The notes: generated by a model from the sequence alone, not told the origin. A stretch of 64,000 nucleotides of DNA from Bacteroidota bacterium (GCA_025963725.1 JAOQAE010000002.1:445221-509220); one strand, 5' to 3'; positions 48,024 to 58,192 are shown, numbered from the stretch's first letter. Program-made: numbers and translations.

Positions 48024-48064
48024 GTCATTTCGAGTTCGACCGAAGGGAGAGTATCGAGAAAGTG
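48024..48064. repeat. truncated copy of the 12-bp-TIR miniature element (GTCATTTCGAGT...), between convergent genes
   Basis: gtcatttcgagttcgaccgaagggagagtatcgagaaagtg is the reverse complement of 50910-50950. Confidence 0.7.
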
Positions 48065-48076
48065 GGTGAGCAAGTC

Positions 48077-48637
48077 CTACTTCTTCCTTTTGTTCTTCTT
48101 CTCAAACTCCCTGATCAGCTCCTCATCCGACTTGCCAAGGTTCCGGATCGCAGCCTTTGCATCGGCAGCATACGGAAGCTTCGGATATTTTTCGATCACC
48201 TGCTCATAAACGAGCTTTGCTTTCGCATCATCATTCAGGAAATTGTCGAGGAGATAACCCTGCAGGTACAGGCTTTCCGGAACGAGCTTAAAGGCCGGAT
48301 ATTTTGAGGTGATCATTTCGTAATACATCAGCGCCTGGGTATACTGTTGATTGGCCGTTGAAATTTCTGCGGCTTTGAAAATGAAATCAGGGCTCAGGGA
48401 ATCATCGGGGAATGCCTTTACAAAATCATCATAAGCTTTCACGGCTATGGTCGCTGTATTGGGATCGAGCGTTTGCGACTGGTGCATTTCCTTTTCGTAA
48501 CGGCTGATCTGCTTCAGGTACAGCTCGCGGGGCGTTTCTTTGGGCCTGACAACCGCAGCCGGCTTTTCTTCATTATTTCCGCACGACATGGCGCCACACA
48601 GCAGCGCAGCAAAAAAAACACCTTTTACAGTTTTCAT
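48077..48637 (-). CDS. TPR-like lipoprotein
   Basis: Lipoprotein signal ...LLCGAMSCGN; TPR-like helical repeats. Confidence 0.5.
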   Translation of the reverse strand: MKTVKGVFFAALLCGAMSCGNNEEKPAAVVRPKETPRELYLKQISRYEKEMHQSQTLDPNTATIAVKAYDDFVKAFPDDSLSPDFIFKAAEISTANQQYTQALMYYEMITSKYPAFKLVPESLYLQGYLLDNFLNDDAKAKLVYEQVIEKYPKLPYAADAKAAIRNLGKSDEELIREFEKKNKRKK

Positions 48638-48679
48638 AATGTGATCTTGATTTGAACCGGGGATGATTTTAACCGAAAA

Positions 48680-49276
48680 TTATTTCTTGTTCGGGAAGCG
48701 CATTTTGTAATCCACCTTGATGTTGCCTTTGGAAATATCCGTAAGCTTGCCCTTCAGCAGCCTTCTCCGCAACGGGTTGATATGGTCCACAAAAAGCTTT
48801 CCTTCAATATGGTCGTACTCATGCTGGATCACGCGGGCAACAATGCCTTCGTAGGTCTCATCATGAAATTTAAAATCCTCATCGTAATACTGGATGTGCA
48901 CTTTCGGCTTGCGGTACACATCCTCACGGATCTTCGGGATGCTGAGGCAACCTTCGTTGAATGCCCATTCCTCGCCTTCCTCTTCTATGATCTGCGCGTT
49001 GATGAAAGTCTTTTTAAAGTTCTCCATCATGGCCAGCTCATCTTTCGTGTATTCGCTTTCCTCATCATCCGGCACATCGGAAAAAGGCTTGGCATCCACG
49101 ATGAACAGGCGGATCGCTTTTCCGACCTGCGGTGCTGCGAGGCCTACGCCGGAAGAATTGTACATGGTTTCGTACATATCGTCGATCAGCTTGCTGAGGC
49201 CGGGATACTCCTTATCGATCTCCGCTCCTGTTTTTCTCAACACAGGATCGCCGTATGCTACAATTGGTAATATCAT
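48680..49276 (-). CDS. def: peptide deformylase
   Basis: GVGLAAPQVG, EGCLSIP and HEYDHIEG motifs; start at MILPIVAYGDPVLRK. Confidence 0.9.
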   Translation of the reverse strand: MILPIVAYGDPVLRKTGAEIDKEYPGLSKLIDDMYETMYNSSGVGLAAPQVGKAIRLFIVDAKPFSDVPDDEESEYTKDELAMMENFKKTFINAQIIEEEGEEWAFNEGCLSIPKIREDVYRKPKVHIQYYDEDFKFHDETYEGIVARVIQHEYDHIEGKLFVDHINPLRRRLLKGKLTDISKGNIKVDYKMRFPNKK

Positions 49277-49292
49277 AAAATAATAATGTGAA

Positions 49293-49712
49293 TTAAAAAT
49301 TATTCTTTTTCTTTTCCATAAAGCTTTGCAGGATGATCGTCGCGCTGATCTCATCCACAAGCTCCTTGTTCTGCCGGTCCTTTTTCTTCAGCCCGCTGTC
49401 GATCATGGTTTGAAAAGCCATCTTCGATGTAAAGCGCTCGTCCATCCGCTCCACTTTGATCCCCGGGAAGCTGCGCTTGAGGTGCAGCACAAAGGGCTCG
49501 ATGAACCGCGCCGAATCGGAAGGCTCGTTGTTCATGCGTTTCGGCTCACCCACCACAATGCATTCTACCTCTTCCTTCGCGATGTAATCCTTCAGAAAAA
49601 CGATCAGGTCCTTTGAATGAACGGTGGCCAGCCCCCTGGCGATGATCTGCAAAGCATCCGTAACGGCAATGCCAACACGTTTGCTTCCATAATCAATTGC
49701 CATGATCCTTGC
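49293..49712 (-). CDS. ruvX: Holliday junction resolvase-like RuvX/YqgF
   Basis: MARIMAIDYGSKRVGIAVTD N-terminus; about 139 aa. Confidence 0.85.
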   Translation of the reverse strand, partial: ARIMAIDYGSKRVGIAVTDALQIIARGLATVHSKDLIVFLKDYIAKEEVECIVVGEPKRMNNEPSDSARFIEPFVLHLKRSFPGIKVERMDERFTSKMAFQTMIDSGLKKKDRQNKELVDEISATIILQSFMEKKKNNF

Positions 49713-49860
49713 CATGCTGCAAAAGTAGTAAAAAAGCCCGCAAATTCCTTGTCTGTCAACAGAAAAAACCTGCTTCTGCAACCTAAAATTTGAATATCTT
49801 TGCTCACTCAGTTTAAGGCGGGCAATTGTCGAAAATGTTGAATTCTATTTTCAGCAATAA

Positions 49861-49973
49861 GTCACTTCGAGTGCGTAACGCTTGAAGCCCTTCGACTCCG
49901 CTCAGGATAAACTTCTCGAGAAGTAGAGCAGTTCTCGATACTTTCGCCAGAAAAGGCGAAAACTCGAACTGAC
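49861..49973. repeat. full-length miniature element with 12-bp terminal inverted repeats GTCACTTCGAGT / ACTCGAACTGAC (113 bp)
   Basis: The termini are reverse complements; contains the 12-bp perfect palindrome cttctcgagaag and the shared core ttctcgatact. Confidence 0.7.
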
Positions 49974-50021
49974 TTAGAGGTTCAACATTTATAATGAACG
50001 TATATTAAAATTTAAATCTAT

Positions 50022-50828
50022 ATGCAGGAAATCATTGAAGCAGCGTGGGAGAACCGCGAGCTGCTGAAGGACGAAAAAACACTTTCCACCATCCGTGAGG
50101 TGATCGAACAGCTCGACAAAGGCGCACTGCGCGTGGCTGAGCCGAAGGGTAACGACTGGCAGGTAAACGAATGGGTAAAAAAGGCAGTGATCCTATATTT
50201 CCCGATCCAGAAAATGGAAACCATTGAAGCGGGCATTTTCGAGTACCACGATAAAATGAAACTGAAAACGGGCTATGCTGCGCTTGGCGTTCGCGTAGTG
50301 CCGAATGCCGTTGCACGCTATGGCGCATTCCTCGCAAAAGGCGTGATTATGATGCCGAGCTATGTGAACATCGGCGCGTATGTAGACAGCGGTACCATGG
50401 TGGATACCTGGGCAACGGTTGGCTCCTGCGCACAGATCGGGAAAGACGTGCATTTAAGTGGCGGCGTTGGCATTGGCGGCGTGCTCGAGCCTGTGCAGGC
50501 TGCACCGGTGATCATCGAAGACGGATGCTTTATCGGCTCCCGCTGCATTGTGGTGGAAGGCGTAAGGGTTCAGAAGGAAGCGGTGCTCGGCGCAAACGTG
50601 GTGCTCACCAAATCTACAAAGATCATTGATGTTACCGGCAATGAGCCGAAGGAATACAAAGGCATTGTGCCGCCGAGATCCGTAGTGATCCCCGGTTCTT
50701 ACACGAAGAAGTTCCCTGCCGGCGAGTTCCAGGTGCCCTGCGCGCTGATCATCGGGCAGCGGAAGGAAAGCACCGACCTTAAAACTTCGTTGAACAATGC
50801 ATTGAGGGAGTATGATGTGGCGGTATAA
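50022..50828 (+). CDS. dapD: 2,3,4,5-tetrahydropyridine-2,6-dicarboxylate N-succinyltransferase DapD
   Basis: Left-handed beta-helix hexapeptide repeats; N-terminus MQEIIEAAWENRELLKD typical of Bacteroidota DapD. Confidence 0.8.
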   Translation: MQEIIEAAWENRELLKDEKTLSTIREVIEQLDKGALRVAEPKGNDWQVNEWVKKAVILYFPIQKMETIEAGIFEYHDKMKLKTGYAALGVRVVPNAVARYGAFLAKGVIMMPSYVNIGAYVDSGTMVDTWATVGSCAQIGKDVHLSGGVGIGGVLEPVQAAPVIIEDGCFIGSRCIVVEGVRVQKEAVLGANVVLTKSTKIIDVTGNEPKEYKGIVPPRSVVIPGSYTKKFPAGEFQVPCALIIGQRKESTDLKTSLNNALREYDVAV

Positions 50829-50850
50829 TTCGTAGTTGGGCTGCATAGCG

Positions 50851-50950
50851 TCAGTTCGTCCCGATACTATCGGGAAGCAAGGCACGAGCATATCGAGAAC
50901 AAGCGCACGCACTTTCTCGATACTCTCCCTTCGGTCGAACTCGAAATGAC
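50851..50950. repeat. miniature TIR element copy (GTCAGTTCG...ACTCGAAATGAC)
   Basis: Shares core cactttctcgatactctcccttcggtcgaactcgaaatgac with 53130-53170. Confidence 0.7.
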
Positions 50951-51024
50951 GGCACACTGATCCAATTCGCAGATTCGTAAAAATTCGTAATTCGTAATTA
51001 GTATAAATTCGTAATTAGTAGAGT

Positions 51025-51056
51025 GAGATTGCTTTGTCGTACCTCCTCGCAATGAC
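51025..51056. repeat. 32-bp element GAGATTGCTTTGTCGTACCTCCTCGCAATGAC (copy 3) embedded in ATTCGTAA arrays
   Basis: One mismatch relative to the other copies. Confidence 0.8.
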
Positions 51057-51133
51057 GTTCAATTCGTAGATTGGTAAAGATTCGTAATTCGCAAATTAGT
51101 ATAGATTCGTAATTAGTAGATCGTAAATTAGTA

Positions 51134-52258
51134 ATGAATATAGGATTTGACGCAAAAAGAGCTTATTTGAATACCAGCGGGCTTGGCAATTATGCGAGGA
51201 CGCTGATCAAATCATTGAATGAATATTACCCTGAGAATACCTACTCGCTTTTCACCACAAGGCTTACCGACAATGATTTTCAGAAGCAGGCCGCAGCCTT
51301 CAGCAATATACATGTGTATGAGCCGCAAAGCTTTATCGATAAAAAGCTGCGCTCCCGCTGGCGCTCATACGGGATCACCAACGTTTTAAAGGAACAGTCC
51401 GTTAATGTGTATCACGGACTGAGCAATGAGCTGCCTTTTAATATCGATGAATTCAAAGGGAAAAAGATCGTTACTATTCATGATCTCATCTTCGTCCGTT
51501 ACCCGAAATTATATCCTTACCTCGACCGGAAGATCTACAATAAGAAATTCCGTCATGCCTGCGATGTGGCTGATACCATCATCGCCATCAGCGAGGAGAC
51601 CAAGCGCGACATTGAAAAATATTATTTCGTCCCTGAGAATAAAATAAAAGTGATCTACCAGAGCTGTGATGAAGCTTTTTACAAAGACTATTCCGCCGGG
51701 GAATCAAAAAGCATTGCGGAATCATACCAGCTGCCGGCCAATTTTTTATTGTACGTGGGCACCATCGAGGAGCGCAAAAATTTATTGTCGATTGTAAAGG
51801 CCCTGAAGCAGGTGAAGGACATTCCGCTCGTAGTGATCGGGAAAAAGAAAAGCTATTTTGAAAAGGTAAAGGACTTCATTGAAAAAAACCAGCTGACGGA
51901 GCGGGTCATTTTTCTGGAGAATGTAGACAACAACCATTTGCCGGTGATCTACCGCATGGCATCGGTCTTTATTTTCCCTTCTCTTTTTGAAGGCTTCGGC
52001 ATTCCGATCATCGAAGCGCTGGTAAGCAGAACGCCGGTGATCACATCGAAGGGCGGCTGCTTCCCCGAAGCCGGCGGCCCCGGTTCACTGTACATCGATC
52101 CGCTGAATGAAAATGAGCTGGCTGAAAAGATCAACCTGCTGCTGGGCTCGGAACAGCTCCGGAAGGAGATCGCGGAAAAAGGGATTGAATATGCAAAACG
52201 CTTTCACCCGAAAGTGGTGACTTCGCAAATGATGGAGGTTTATAAAGGGAGCTTGTAG
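51134..52258 (+). CDS. glycosyltransferase family 4 (GT1-group)
   Basis: GT4 C-terminal E-x7-E region (FIFPSLFEGFGIPIIEALVSRTPVI). Confidence 0.8.
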   Translation: MNIGFDAKRAYLNTSGLGNYARTLIKSLNEYYPENTYSLFTTRLTDNDFQKQAAAFSNIHVYEPQSFIDKKLRSRWRSYGITNVLKEQSVNVYHGLSNELPFNIDEFKGKKIVTIHDLIFVRYPKLYPYLDRKIYNKKFRHACDVADTIIAISEETKRDIEKYYFVPENKIKVIYQSCDEAFYKDYSAGESKSIAESYQLPANFLLYVGTIEERKNLLSIVKALKQVKDIPLVVIGKKKSYFEKVKDFIEKNQLTERVIFLENVDNNHLPVIYRMASVFIFPSLFEGFGIPIIEALVSRTPVITSKGGCFPEAGGPGSLYIDPLNENELAEKINLLLGSEQLRKEIAEKGIEYAKRFHPKVVTSQMMEVYKGSL

Positions 52259-52488
52259 TTGGGAGGTAGGAGTTGGGAGTTGGGAGGTAGGAGTTGGGAG
52301 TTGGGAGTTGGCAGACGGTTAACGTGATGATTATTACAACTATTCGTAATTCGTACATTCGTAAAGATTCGTAATTAGCAGGGATTGCTTCGTCGTACCT
52401 CCTCGCAATGACGTTCAATTCGTAATTCGTAGATTCGTAAAAAATTCGTATTTCGTAAATTAGTATAGATTCGTAATTCGTAGCTACT
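52259..52488. repeat. composite intergenic repeat block: (GGAGTTGGGAG)n G-tract, GACGGTTAACGTGATGATTATT, ATTCGTAA arrays and the 32-bp element (52381-52412)
   Basis: Starts at the first base after the GT4 stop codon; same organisation as 38093-38400. Confidence 0.8.
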
Positions 52489-53052
52489 ATGGAGGAAGAA
52501 ATAAAAAATGCGCTTGAAGTGCTTCGCAAAGGAGGCACCATCCTCTACCCTACCGATACGGTTTGGGGCATTGGCTGTGATGCGCGGAACAAGGATGCAG
52601 TAGCGAAAGTATTTAAGATCAAGCAGCGGGCCGAATACAAAAGCATGGTCACGCTCGTTTGCGATAACACCATGCTGAACCGCCATGTGAAGGAAGTCCC
52701 GGAAGTGGCCTGGGACCTGATAGAAGCTGCCGACAGGCCCCTCACAATTATTTATCCCGGTGCGCGCATGCTTGCCGAGAACGTGATCGCAGCTGACGGA
52801 AGTGTTGGTATACGGATGGTACAGGATGAGTTTTGCAAAAACCTGATCCATAAGTTCGGGAAGCCCATCGTTTCAACTTCCGCAAATATCAGCGGCGAGG
52901 AAGCGCCTTCCTCCTTCAACGAGATCAAGATCGACATTTTGAATAACGTGGATTACATTGTAAATTTACGCAGGAATGATAACAGCAGCATTCAGCCATC
53001 TACGATCATCAAAGTAGCGATGAACGGGGAATTCAAGATCATCAGGAAGTAG
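52489..53052 (+). CDS. TsaC/YrdC-family L-threonylcarbamoyladenylate synthase paralog (187 aa)
   Basis: ILYPTDTVWGIGCD motif; the second YrdC-fold gene in the window. Confidence 0.7.
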   Translation: MEEEIKNALEVLRKGGTILYPTDTVWGIGCDARNKDAVAKVFKIKQRAEYKSMVTLVCDNTMLNRHVKEVPEVAWDLIEAADRPLTIIYPGARMLAENVIAADGSVGIRMVQDEFCKNLIHKFGKPIVSTSANISGEEAPSSFNEIKIDILNNVDYIVNLRRNDNSSIQPSTIIKVAMNGEFKIIRK

Positions 53053-53078
53053 TTGGGGAGTTAGGAGTTGGGAGTTTT

Positions 53079-53170
53079 CATAGCGTCAGTTCGAGTAGCG
53101 AGGCACGAGCGTATCGAGAACAAGCTCACACACTTTCTCGATACTCTCCCTTCGGTCGAACTCGAAATGA
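53079..53170. repeat. miniature TIR element copy (GTCAGTTCGAGT...ACTCGAAATGAC), preceded by a G-rich tract at 53053-53076
   Basis: Perfect 12-bp TIR; core identical to 50910-50950. Confidence 0.75.
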
Positions 53171-53286
53171 CCAGCACACCGATTAGCATTTCGCCCAGGA
53201 TGAGAGTGCAGTTCGTAATTCGTATATTCGTAACAATTCGTATTTCGAAGATAGATTAGTAATTCATATAAATTCGTATCCGTACC

Positions 53287-53739
53287 ATGGAGAGCCTATT
53301 CAACCTGAACGACAGCCAGAAATTAATTGACCGGATCAATTCCCTCAGCGCCTCCTCACAGGCACAATGGGGAAAAATGAACGTATCCCAAATGCTTGCG
53401 CATTGCCAGGCTCCTTTGGCAGTGGCCTTCGGAGAGCATAAGCTGAAGCGCGGACTGATCTCCATCCTGTTTGGCAAAATGATCAAGAACAAGCTGATGA
53501 AGGATGAAAAGCCCTTCGACCGCAACCTGCCTACCGACAAATCATTTATCGTGGTGGACCAGCGCGAGCTTGATAAAGAAAGAGATATCCTCATCGGACT
53601 TATTAAGCGCTTCCGCGAAACAGGCGAGAGCGGGCTGACGAAAGATCCACACCCTTTTTTCGGTAAGCTTACCGGCCATGAATGGGATGTGCTGCAGTGG
53701 AAACACCTCGATCATCATTTAAGGCAGTTTGGGGCATAA
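53287..53739 (+). CDS. DUF1569/DinB-superfamily protein
   Basis: 150 aa four-helix-bundle-like protein; C-terminal WDVLQWKHLDHHLRQFG pattern. Confidence 0.5.
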   Translation: MESLFNLNDSQKLIDRINSLSASSQAQWGKMNVSQMLAHCQAPLAVAFGEHKLKRGLISILFGKMIKNKLMKDEKPFDRNLPTDKSFIVVDQRELDKERDILIGLIKRFRETGESGLTKDPHPFFGKLTGHEWDVLQWKHLDHHLRQFGA

Positions 53740-53742
53740 AGC

Positions 53743-55152
53743 GTGAAAACAAAACTTACTCACCCCGTATTTTCAATTGTATCCGCATGCGCAGAGGAAA
53801 TGAATGTGAAAGCATTTGTGATCGGCGGATGGGTGCGCGACCTTCTTCTTGAGCGTCCCTGCAAGGACATCGACATAGTTGCAATCGGCAGCGGCATCGA
53901 GCTCGCGGAGCGGGTTGCAAAAAAGCTGGGCGGACAGTACAATGTAAATACCTTCAAAAATTTTGGCACCGCACAGATCGTATACGAAGATTATGACATT
54001 GAATTTGTAGGCGCAAGAAAAGAATCGTACCGCGCAGAAAGCCGGAATCCGTCCGTGGAGAACGGCACGCTGGAAGATGATCAGAACCGCCGCGACTTTA
54101 CGATCAATGCGCTTGCTATATCACTCAATGCCGGCAGCTACGGCGAGCTCCTCGATCCGTTCAACGGGCTGAAGGATATGGAAGCGAAGATCATCCGCAC
54201 GCCGCTGAACCCCGACATTACCTATTCCGACGACCCGCTCCGGATGATGCGCGCCATCCGATTTGCAACTCAGCTGAACTATACGATAGACCCCGCTTCT
54301 ATCGAAAGCATTTCAAAGAACAAAGAACGGATCAAAATAATTTCCAAAGAGCGGATCACCACCGAGCTGAACAAGATCATCCTCGCAAAGCAGCCGTCCA
54401 TCGGCTTTAAGCTCCTGTTCGATACAGGCCTGCTGCATTTTATTTTTCCTGAGATGGTAGCGCTGCATGGCGTGGAAGTGCGGAACGGGAAATCGCACAA
54501 GGATAATTTTTATCATACGCTCGAGGTGCTTGATAACATTTGCCGTACAACCGACGACCTCTGGCTGCGCTGGGCGGCCATCCTGCACGATATTGCCAAG
54601 CCGCCTACAAAGCGCTTCGAGCCGGAGCATGGCTGGACCTTCCACGGACATGAGGACAAAGGCTCACGCATGGTGCCGAAGATCTTTGCAGACCTGAAGC
54701 TGCCGCTGAATGAGAAAATGAAATATGTGCAGAAGCTCGTGCTCCTGCACCTGCGACCTATCGTTCTTGCAAAAAGCGAAGTGAGCGACAGCGCTGTGAG
54801 GCGCCTGCTGTTTGAGGCCGGCGACGACATCGATGACCTCATGAAATTATGCGAGGCCGATATTACTTCCAAAAATGAATACAAGGTGCAGAAGTACCTG
54901 AAAAATTTTGAGCTGGTGCGGCAAAAGCTGAAGGACATCGAAGAGAAAGACAAGGTACGGAACTGGCAGCCTCCCATTAGCGGCGAAGACATTATGAAAG
55001 CCTTCTCCATTCCTGCCGGCCGCGAAGTGGGCATCCTCAAAAATGCCATCCGGGAAGCCATACTCGATGGCGTCATTCAAAACGATTTTAATGAAGCATT
55101 CGGCTTTATGATAAAGGAAGCGGAAAAGCTCGGATTGAAAATAAAAGAATAA
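53743..55152 (+). CDS. cca: CCA tRNA nucleotidyltransferase / poly(A) polymerase family with HD domain
   Basis: GGxVRD nucleotidyltransferase motif ([10 protein letters not shown]) and DIDIV; HD domain; GTG start assumed at 53743 (alternative ATG at 53800). Confidence 0.75.
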   Translation: MKTKLTHPVFSIVSACAEEMNVKAFVIGGWVRDLLLERPCKDIDIVAIGSGIELAERVAKKLGGQYNVNTFKNFGTAQIVYEDYDIEFVGARKESYRAESRNPSVENGTLEDDQNRRDFTINALAISLNAGSYGELLDPFNGLKDMEAKIIRTPLNPDITYSDDPLRMMRAIRFATQLNYTIDPASIESISKNKERIKIISKERITTELNKIILAKQPSIGFKLLFDTGLLHFIFPEMVALHGVEVRNGKSHKDNFYHTLEVLDNICRTTDDLWLRWAAILHDIAKPPTKRFEPEHGWTFHGHEDKGSRMVPKIFADLKLPLNEKMKYVQKLVLLHLRPIVLAKSEVSDSAVRRLLFEAGDDIDDLMKLCEADITSKNEYKVQKYLKNFELVRQKLKDIEEKDKVRNWQPPISGEDIMKAFSIPAGREVGILKNAIREAILDGVIQNDFNEAFGFMIKEAEKLGLKIKE

Positions 55153-55262
55153 TGGGCTGGAAATGAATATTTAGCCTGGTCATCTCCCTTTTCACAGTAT
55201 TTTAATTCAATAATTCGTATTTTCGTACAACAATTTAAATTCTTACTCTTAATACATTACCG

Positions 55263-55871
55263 ATGGTTTACCGTTTTAAAGTAACTTTTGAGGACAACGA
55301 GGACGTATATCGTGAGATCGAAATAAAATCCACCCAGAATTTTGAAGATTTTCACAATGTGATCATGCAATCCATCGGGTTTGATAACATGCACGACGCT
55401 TCATTTTTCATCAGCGATGATTACTGGAGAAAAGGCGAAGAGATCAGGCTGAAGCCGGCAGAAGGCAAAAGGCAGATGAACAAGTGCAAGATGGCGCTGC
55501 TGATCGATGATCCGCACCAGAAATTTGTTTATACCTACGATCCCAAAGCCGTCTGGACATTCCTGATCGAGCTGCTGAAGATCGTTCCGGATGATGCAAA
55601 AGCGACGTACCCGAAATGCGCAAAATCAGTAGGTGAAGCGCCGAAGCAGCACAAGGCAAGCGCTGTTGTGCCGCCTGTTGGCGAGGAGGAAGAATTTGAC
55701 GAAGAGCCGCACAGCGATGATGAGGCCTATACGCATGCCCACAGCGAAGATGAAACGGCCTTACTTGAAGGTGAAGAAGGTGAAGTGGAAGAAACAGAGG
55801 AAGAAGAAGTGCATGATGATGAGGCTGCGGATTTTGAAGCGGGCGCTGAACACGAAGGCGATGATTTTTAG
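55263..55871 (+). CDS. PRiA4b ORF3-like (PF07929-like) protein with poly-acidic C-terminal tail
   Basis: N-terminal YRFKVTFED...YREIEI...FEDFHNVIMQSIGFDNMHDASFF pattern; C-terminal 70 aa is about 50% D/E. Confidence 0.45.
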   Translation: MVYRFKVTFEDNEDVYREIEIKSTQNFEDFHNVIMQSIGFDNMHDASFFISDDYWRKGEEIRLKPAEGKRQMNKCKMALLIDDPHQKFVYTYDPKAVWTFLIELLKIVPDDAKATYPKCAKSVGEAPKQHKASAVVPPVGEEEEFDEEPHSDDEAYTHAHSEDETALLEGEEGEVEETEEEEVHDDEAADFEAGAEHEGDDF

Positions 55872-55970
55872 TTGGTAGTCTGGAGTTCGTAGTTTGTAGA
55901 CGGTTAACATGATAATTATTTGCGTGTAACGAACGTCATCTGCATTTTTTAATTTGACAGTTACTCCCTG

Positions 55971-56885
55971 GTGAAAACAAACAAGTATCTTATTGTAGTT
56001 GCAGGCCCTACCGCCATAGGTAAAACAGCCCTTGGCGTGCGGCTTGCAAAAACATTCGGCACAGTGGTGCTCTCCGCCGATTCCCGGCAATTCTTCAGGG
56101 AAATGAGCATCGGCACGGCCAAGCCTTCTGCAGAAGAAATGCAGGGCATCCCCCATTATTTTATCGATTCGCATTCGGTGGCTGAGCCCTACAACGTAGG
56201 AAAGTATGAAGCCGAAGCGATCGCGCTGCTCGAAAAATTATTTTCAGGGCACGATGTGGTGGTCATGGCCGGCGGCTCCGGGCTGTACATCGATGCCGTT
56301 TGCAAAGGCTTTGATGAGCTTCCGGAAGCTGATGACTTGATCCGGAAGCAGATCGATGATCTCCTCGAACATGAAGGCATTGGGGCGCTGCAGGAAAAGC
56401 TGAAGCAGCTCGATCCCGTTTACTACGCGCAGGTCGACCTGAAGAACCCGCAGCGGCTGGGCAGGGCGCTGGAAGTATGCATCAGCAGCGGAATGCCGTA
56501 CTCCAGCCTGCGTGAAGGAAAAATAAAGACAAGGGATTTCAATTGCATAAAGATCGGCCTCGACACCAGCCGTGAGCTGCTATACGAACGCATCAACAAC
56601 CGCGTTGATAAAATGATGCACGAAGGCTTGCTGGAAGAAGTAAGATCGCTGGTCCCGTTCAAAGCTGCCAACGCCCTGCAAACCGTTGGATACAAAGAGC
56701 TGTTCGATCACCTTGAAGGAAAGAGCAGCCTGCAGGCAGCCATCGAGCTGATAAAGCAGAACACGCGAAGGTTTGCGAAGCGGCAGCTTACCTGGTTCCG
56801 CCGCGACGCAGGAATAAAATGGTTTGAGCCGGATGAAACGGAAAAAATAATTGAATATATAAAAGCAACGATCGACCACCCCTAA
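55971..56885 (+). CDS. miaA: tRNA dimethylallyltransferase MiaA
   Basis: P-loop VVAGPTAIGKT; conserved SADSRQFFREMSIGTAKP. Confidence 0.9.
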   Translation: MKTNKYLIVVAGPTAIGKTALGVRLAKTFGTVVLSADSRQFFREMSIGTAKPSAEEMQGIPHYFIDSHSVAEPYNVGKYEAEAIALLEKLFSGHDVVVMAGGSGLYIDAVCKGFDELPEADDLIRKQIDDLLEHEGIGALQEKLKQLDPVYYAQVDLKNPQRLGRALEVCISSGMPYSSLREGKIKTRDFNCIKIGLDTSRELLYERINNRVDKMMHEGLLEEVRSLVPFKAANALQTVGYKELFDHLEGKSSLQAAIELIKQNTRRFAKRQLTWFRRDAGIKWFEPDETEKIIEYIKATIDHP

Positions 56886-56945
56886 CCCCTCCTGGAAGGA
56901 GGGGAACCGGATCGTTCCTCCCCTTCCAGGGGAGGCAAGGAGGGG
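56886..56945. repeat. two GC-rich hairpins (CCCCTCCTGGAAGGAGGGG; CCTCCCCTTCCAGGGGAGG) of the CCCCTC...GAGGGGTTAGGGG family, right after the miaA stop
   Basis: cccctaacccctcc is the reverse complement of ggaggggttagggg seen at 38205-38218. Confidence 0.65.
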
Positions 56946-56953
56946 TACATACT

Positions 56954-58192
56954 ATGACCTCCATCATTAAAGAATATACAAAGCTCGACCGCTCTATCCT
57001 CAATATCATTGTGGTGGAATTCTTTGTGCAGATGATCAACGTTTCCTTTATGTCGATCCTTCCCTTGTACATGAAGGTGGAAGGCTACAGCGATTCGGAA
57101 TACGCGCATTTCACTTCTTACCGTTATCTCGGCATGCTGGCGCTGGCGCTCGCTTTAGGAATGTATATCAAAGGCCGGAAGATCCTTCCGATGTTCTACA
57201 TTGCCGCCGTTGGCGTTCCCCTGTTCGGCTTGCTGATCCTCATCGGTGTGCATATCCACTCCACTTCATTGCTCATGGTTTCGCACCTGCTCTGGGGCAC
57301 CGCCTATACATTTATCCAGATCCCGATACTTCCCTACATCCTTCGCAATGTGCCGGTGCACCAGCATACTTCCGCCATTACGCTGAACTTCGCCACATGG
57401 AGCATCGCCAGCATCCTCAGCTTTTTATTCATCGGCGTTTTTAACACCATCAACCCTGAGCTCTTCAATGAGAAGCACCTGCTTTTCGGCATTGTGACCC
57501 TGAGCTTCAGCGGCATTTATTTTATTATGAAGGTAAGCAGGCAGGAGCATGTGCCGGCGCTGGAGGAAAAAAGAAGCAGCATGAAAGGCTACGACTGGAA
57601 AATAATTTTCAAAGCGCTCATTCCAACTTCCATCATTGCACTCGGAGCCGGATTCACCATTCCATTCATCAGCCTGTTCTTTTCAAATGTGCATGGCATG
57701 ACGACCGCGGAATTTTCATACATGTCGTTCGCCGCGTCGTTCATCGTTGCCTACGCGGCCTTGTGGGTGCCGAAGATCAAGCAGGGCATCGGCTACAGGC
57801 GTGCGGTGCCGCTTACGCAATCGCTCGCGATCATGGCCCTCGTGGTAATGGCCACCACGCAGTATTACAGCGATGTGAGCACAGCCGTGGTGATCGCCAT
57901 CGTATTTTACCTGGTCCGCCAGCCGCTCATGAACATTGCTGCGCCAATGACCTCCGACATTACCATGAAATATGTGGGTGCCCGTAACCGGGAAATGACC
58001 AGCGGCCTTACCTCTGCGATCTGGTCGGGCTCCACCTTTTTCTCCGCCATTATTTTCGGGATCCTCCGCCACCTTGATGTGGACTATGTGAATATTTTTT
58101 TGATCACTGCAGCGCTGTACAGCATCGGCGTGGTGTGGTACATCATTCTTATCCATGATTATGATAAGCGGGAAAAAGCGGGACTGATATAA
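56954..58192 (+). CDS. MFS transporter
   Basis: Twelve TM helices with two-fold symmetry. Confidence 0.7.
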   Translation: MTSIIKEYTKLDRSILNIIVVEFFVQMINVSFMSILPLYMKVEGYSDSEYAHFTSYRYLGMLALALALGMYIKGRKILPMFYIAAVGVPLFGLLILIGVHIHSTSLLMVSHLLWGTAYTFIQIPILPYILRNVPVHQHTSAITLNFATWSIASILSFLFIGVFNTINPELFNEKHLLFGIVTLSFSGIYFIMKVSRQEHVPALEEKRSSMKGYDWKIIFKALIPTSIIALGAGFTIPFISLFFSNVHGMTTAEFSYMSFAASFIVAYAALWVPKIKQGIGYRRAVPLTQSLAIMALVVMATTQYYSDVSTAVVIAIVFYLVRQPLMNIAAPMTSDITMKYVGARNREMTSGLTSAIWSGSTFFSAIIFGILRHLDVDYVNIFLITAALYSIGVVWYIILIHDYDKREKAGLI

